Part shown: piece after piece, positions 58,681-64,000 of the stretch
How positions within the stretch are numbered: the first letter of the stretch is position 1
Layout of the letters: every line of letters begins with the position of its first letter
Source: Monocercomonoides exilis PA203
Taxonomy: Eukaryota; Protista; Preaxostyla
DNA: 64,000 nucleotides
Direction of reading: 5' to 3'
Assembly: GCA_001643675.2 (NCBI GenBank)
Contig: LSRY02000025.1
Span: forward strand, 372,001 to 436,000
The notes under the pieces: model-generated
Database searches by the model: none
What the model was told of the DNA's origin: nothing
What the model saw: the letters and a program-made list of their open reading frames with translations, nothing else
Program-made: the position numbers and the translations under genes

Positions 58681-59479
58681 TGAAAGATATAACAAAAAAT
58701 AAATGATTTTTTAACATTGGCTTATTTTTTTTTTTATTTTGAGACTTTCTCTCACTTAAAGATTTCACTTTTTTTTTATTTTTGAATCATGTTTACTTTG
58801 ATTTCGTATTTTGAAGTTCAATTATTTGGTTTGATTTTATTACAAATGTTGCATTGCTCAAATAAGGCTTTTTGATAATTATTAATAAATGGAAATGGAG
58901 TTTAGCGTATTTCAAACAGTTCTCTTTTATCTTTTTGGTTTTGATTTTTAATACAAATTTGATCGTCATTTCAAAAATAACATTTGATTGTTGTGGCAAT
59001 TCAATAAAACGATAAAGCGGTTATTTGAGGATTATAATTATTACTAATAGTTGAAAAAATCTTTTGTTCAAAGTTAACATTTGCACAAAACAGTATGATG
59101 CGATTCTTTTTCTATAACATGAAACGGTGATAACACATTAGTGAAGGAATATTATTTTTAAAACAAAAAAAGTGAATGAAACGAAGTTCAGATAATTTCT
59201 TTTTATCCAGAGAATGAAATGCCGCTCAATTGGAGTGCGTGTGTGAGATGACATGAAAATTAGGAAACTGCAATGGTGATGAAGGATCAGATGGAGCTAC
59301 ATGCGAACCCGAAGAGGACTGTGGAAAAGAAGGTTGCTGGAATGATAAAATAGTCTGATGACGTGGAAAACGTCACATTTATCGAAAGAAATTGTTTGAA
59401 AGAAGAGAGAAGGCGAAAAGTGGAAGAAGAAGAAGGAGAAGTGAAGGAAGAAGAATGGTTAAAACAAAATAACTCATGT

Positions 59480-59533
59480 AATGAAGAGGAAGAAGTGGAA
59501 GAAGAAGATTATGAAGAAGAAGAAGAAGAGGAG

Positions 59534-59568
<35 letters not shown>

Positions 59569-59602
59569 GGAGGAGGAGGAGGAGGAGGAGGAGGAGGAGG
59601 AG

Positions 59603-59637
<35 letters not shown>

Positions 59638-59730
59638 GGAGGAGAAGAAGAAGAAGAAGAGGAGAAGAAGAAGAAGAAGAGGAGGAGGAGAAGAAGAAGA
59701 AGAGGAGGAGGAGGGGAAGGAGAAGAGGAA
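59480..59730 (+). repeat. (GAR)n trinucleotide tract
   Basis: About 250 bp of GAG/GAA repeats, which generate spurious poly-E/R/P ORFs. Confidence 0.9.
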
Positions 59731-59849
59731 GAATGATTGGAAGATTTTATTGGGCTGTTTCGAATGTGAGTTGAAGAAGAAGAAGAAAAGAAGACGATGA
59801 AGTTAAAAGAACTCTTTTTGTTTAAGTTTTTTTCGATTGCTTTCGCAAA

Positions 59850-61850
59850 AGTTTTCATTTGCTTGTCCTGCTAAATGCTTCACTATCATCTTCATCTTCT
59901 TTTTCGTCGCTTTCATCATCGCCACTTTCATCATCCTCATCATCATCACTATCTCTCTTCTCCATCTTCCTCATCTCCTTCATCTCTGCCCTCTCTCTTT
60001 CCGAACTCGCCTCAAACAGCCTGAATTCCTTCCACCCTGCACACACTTTCCTCTTCACATTGTCTGGAATCATCGCTTTTGGCGCTTCAAATTCAAATCT
60101 CCCTTCTTTCGAAGAGCAAAAAGAGCCGTCTAAAACAGGCGGGCTCGGAAGAGGGATCGGAATAAGCATCTCAAATTCAACCAGAAAACACAAAGTTAAA
60201 AACAGGTGCGGATATGAAAAGCGAACAAAAGATGTTTTTTTGGCCTTTGAAGAAGGGAAGAAATTGACAATGTTCATCTTTTTTCCGTCTTTGAACTGCA
60301 TCTAAGAAGCTTTGCCTTTCACAAGAAGAATCGAAAGAGGCTTTTCAGATAGCATTTTGTGGGTGTTGTGCACGAAAACAAGAAGGGTGCGGGAGAGGAT
60401 GGTGACAGACCGATCATATGATGGGAAAAATTAAATTTGTGAATAATCAAAAAAATAAAAACAAGTAGAAAAAGAATAATCATCTTCATAACATACGCAT
60501 TTAAAGTATAGTTTTCAGAAACAGATAATTTCAAATAACATCTTTCATTCACAAACCATAGTCCATTCCATTCTCTGCCAGTCTGATGTAATTCACTTTT
60601 GTTCTGATCTGCTCTTCAAGCGATGCATCCATCTTCACACACATTCTCCAATTTCAGTGTCAGCTGTACAACTTCAATTAGATTCACCAGGCGATTTCCG
60701 AAGAAGAGCGGGTGCTGTGTCACAACTGCATGAAGAGTTTGATGACCAGAAGGGAAAAGAGAAAGAGAGAGTGTGGAGAACCTGAAATCTTGGTTCCTCT
60801 CTTTTGTCTGCTCCTTCTCGGCGGTGCTGGGCTATTCGCAGAAGTCGCAAAGCTCCCAAAAACTCTGATCCAGCCAGGACGAACCAAGAAAGGGAACGTA
60901 TTTTATTTTTGACTTCGACTTCGACTTCGACAGATCTTCGAACTTGTTCTCTTCGCTTAGCGTTGCTTCCTCGTCTTCTTCGCTTTCTTTACCTTCATTG
61001 TCATCGTCATCATCATCTTCTTCTTCATTTCTTTCATATTCTCCTTCGTTATCTTCCTCTTCCTCTTCTTAGCTTCCCTCTTATGAAATCCTTCCTTTTA
61101 TCTTCGATTTCTTTCTCTTCAAATGTGAATTTGTTCTTTTCATCTACCCGCTTTTCTTCTTCTTCTTTTGAGTTGCTCTCTTATTTGCATTGCCTTTTGC
61201 TGTTTTCTGCTTTTGAATCTTTTCCTTTGTGAATGTTTCGATTATCTTCTGCTGCTCTCCCATTTCTTCTTCTTCTGATACTTCCAGAACTGAATTTATC
61301 AGCACCAATGCTCGCTTCAAAATCAGAACTTGCTTCGTTTTTTCGCTTTGAAAAGATATTTTCTTCTTCTCCTCTGGCCTTTTCTCTTTCAACTGGCTCG
61401 TCTTCATTTTCACAGTTTTTTGGTTTTTCACTTAACTTTTTGATGAAAACTTGTCACTTTTTCCTTTTGGATTTCTGTCATCTTCTGAATCTTCAATGTT
61501 CTCAGCTCCGCTTTCATCTCCTTTTGACTCTTCTGCTTTCTTTTTCTTTCGCGAAAGATCCAGTTCTGCAAGCTCTGCTTCAATGAAGTCTTTTTGCTCA
61601 AGAAATTCTTTCTTCATCGTCTGCTTTTAAATCACTCAATGCGCTGGCGATATGACGCCAACCTGTGACAACGATGCATTCCGCTCGTCGATGATCGTAA
61701 ATGAAGGCAAAACCTTTATGAGCTTTGTGAGCATCTTGCGTGGAATTAATGTGAAAGTTAGTTCTGATTCTTGCATTGGAAGGAGATTGGTTGAAAAAAC
61801 AGAAATAAACAGTCATTTTTTAGACTACAATGCAAATTAGCTGAACAACA
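59850..61850 (-). pseudogene. Decayed multi-exon coding-like region of unknown family
   Basis: Coding-like blocks (HKGFAFIYDHRRAECIVVTGWRHIASAL; FLVEFEMLIPIPLPSPPVLDG) are interrupted by in-frame stops and AT-rich intron-like gaps. Confidence 0.35.
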
Positions 61851-63019
61851 AACGTCGAAGGCTTAGGTATGCTTGAACAAATAACACTCGCACCGAACCA
61901 TCTAATTGCTTTTTCGTAAAAAAATCGAATAAATCAAATTAATCAAATAAGGAAAAAAACAACAAACTTTTTTTGTCTTCTTTGTATAAAAAAGGAAATA
62001 TGCAGAAGTTTCAGTGCATGATCAGTCATTTCAGGAAAAAGCGTATGAACCTCTTCTCATAACGTCTTTTTGGCTATTCATAAACGCACTTCGACACATT
62101 GATGCTTCTTGAAAAAAGTACAAATATGAAAAAGGAGAGAAACAAATGGAAGAAGAAGATGAAAAATATGATGATGATGAAATAAAAGAAGAAATAATCG
62201 AAAACGGAGAAAAAGAAAAAAATTGAATAAAGAAATTTCTTCCAATTTTTCTTCTTCTTCTTTCACACAGAAAACTGTACAAAAAAAAATATAAATTTAT
62301 ATTTTCTTTATCGTTTTGAAGAAAATGTTAAAGATAAAAAAGAATTCTTCTCAAAAAAGATCGTAAAGCATACGAAAGTTAATTTTCCTCAGATTTTGCT
62401 GAGGAAATGTTTGAGATGAAGAGAAAGGAAGATTTGAGGAAGAGGAAGAGGAAGAGGAGAGTTATGAGAATTGTGTGGGAGAAGAAAAGAAAGATAGAAA
62501 GAGAGAGAGAATGAAGGAGAAGAAAAGGAAGGAGAAGAAAAGGAAGAAAAGGAGGAGAAACAGAAAGTTAAGGCACTTGTGATATGAAAGATGGAGTTGT
62601 GGAGTGTAATGTGAGATGTTGTGATGAAGCGGTACGAAATGGAAATTGAGTGTCAATGGAAGATGGCTATGTTGAAGAAGGCGGAAGCAAATGAACTGGT
62701 GAAATGGAAGAGGAGGAAGAAGAAGATGATGAATAGAACAATTCTTATTCATGAGTAAATATTTTTCGAGTATTTAAAATAGCAACGTTATAAATTATCG
62801 CAATTAATCAAATCCACATCAGCAGCAATGATATCCCAAAAAACTTCCATTCCAAATCATTGCACTTTAAAAAAAACAACAATCTGTTTGATTCCTTTCA
62901 TATATCTTCTCCAGTTTTTTCAAAAATTTCTCATTTGTTTTCAAAATACATAAAATATAATTATTATGGTGAGGGGAAAAAAAAAAACAGTGACAGTGAA
63001 GTTAAGGAAAGTCAGATAT

Positions 63020-63055
63020 GGGTCATTCTTTTTGAAAAGTCGCAAACGTTTAACT
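63020..63055 (+). repeat. Terminal sequence of GGGT-type TIR family B
   Basis: ATAT|GGGTCATTCTTTTTGAAAAGTCGCAAACGTTTAA matches the reverse complement of about 40803-40836 (…TTTGCGATTTTTCAAAAAGAATTACCC|ATAT). A fragment is also present at about 27818-27840. Confidence 0.55.
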
Positions 63056-64000
63056 GATCTGAAAATAAGATCAGAAATGATCAAAAAATATTGATCATTC
63101 CGTTCCCATATAAATTTGATTAATGATATTTATGGTTATTTATTTCGCTTTATTAAGAAAAACAGGATACAATTTCGTTGAAATAATAAAAATTTTAAAC
63201 TTTATTTTGTTATACACTTATGTAAGCGAGTGCTTTCCAGTTATTTGAATCAGATGATATAAATGTTTTTATTTCCTCATTTTCATTTCATTATTTCGAA
63301 TATTCGTTATGAATTTATGGATGTTCTCTAAGTTTTTATTTTTTTCTTTTGTTGCAAACCAAATAAAATTGATTTGCTTTAATTCGAGAATTTTTCATTA
63401 AAAAATTATCAGTTAGGAAAAGTTTATCAAAAATTCATCAAAACAATACTCATTGCATTCGAAAAGTATTTAAAAAGGAGTTGGCATAAAGCAATTATTA
63501 ATGCAATTCTCGAAAAATATGGAATGAAGTATTATTTTTCAAAATATATCACAATTTTTTCAAAACTCAAAAATGCAATCTTTTCTTGTATTTAGATTCA
63601 AATAGTTTGTATCATTCAAGTTTCTTTCTTCTCGATATGTGCCTTTTTCTTCTCCCTTTCAGTTTATACAGATGAATTATATAAAGATGTTCTGCTTCAA
63701 TCTTTTCAAATTGAATAAAGAAAGCAGGCTTTTTCGGCTGGTCGTCCATTCTGATTCAAATGTGGATGCTGTTAGTGCTTCTAGTGGAAATTCTGGCTGT
63801 CTTGATGGTACATGTCTCATTAAACTTCTTGTGGCAGGAGTAGCACAGCCGCCGTCTTTTCTCTCAGCGCTTTTGTCTTCTTCTCCATCTTCAACTTGAA
63901 CAGCATGCAGGTTATATTCGCCGTTTGGGATGTGAAAAAGCGCAAAGAAGAAGGCAGTCGGAGTTGATTAACCATTGTTATCTTCATCATCACTATCAGC

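Noticed and set aside
40800-63055. Family B termini at 40836 and 63020 as the ends of one 22-kb element
   Set aside because: They face outward from each other (a right end upstream of a left end), so they cannot enclose the intervening DNA.
63660-64000. Minus-strand coding-like sequence at the window edge
   Set aside because: It has an in-frame stop and no recognisable motif, and cannot be assigned without downstream sequence.

Overview
This is AT-rich eukaryotic DNA with short GT-AG introns (donors often GTTTGN/GTATGT), the standard genetic code and very long Ser/Glu low-complexity tracts. The lineage-specific gene families and overall style suggest the oxymonad Monocercomonoides or a close relative (inference). 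Host genes: a spliced trypsin/V8-like serine protease, a fatty-acid elongase, a Kelch-RhoGAP-SH3 protein, a lineage-specific helical protein, a RABL6-like GTPase, a pseudo-kinesin lacking catalytic motifs, a TOM1/GPR137-like 7TM protein, a frameshifted Cys/Gly-rich surface receptor, an intronless bacterial-type DUF1846 gene and an OB-fold + GSTCD-type methyltransferase. The most notable structure is a layer of DNA transposons that the ORF track does not show. (1) A complete 6.47-kb hAT element (TIRs, perfect 8-bp TSD) encodes an open, intron-containing transposase and carries a decayed fragment of the intracellular pseudokinase part of the surface-receptor family. (2) A 7.95-kb TA-flanked element with about 60-bp TIRs has no transposase and contains host gene fragments, including a TRAPPC11-like piece. 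(3) There is a head-to-head pair of Merlin/IS1595 transposase relics. (4) Several MITE families are present, with 8-bp or 4-bp AWWT TSDs. Together these point to Pack-type, transposon-mediated capture of host gene fragments. All family assignments come from motif recognition by eye, and no database searches were run.
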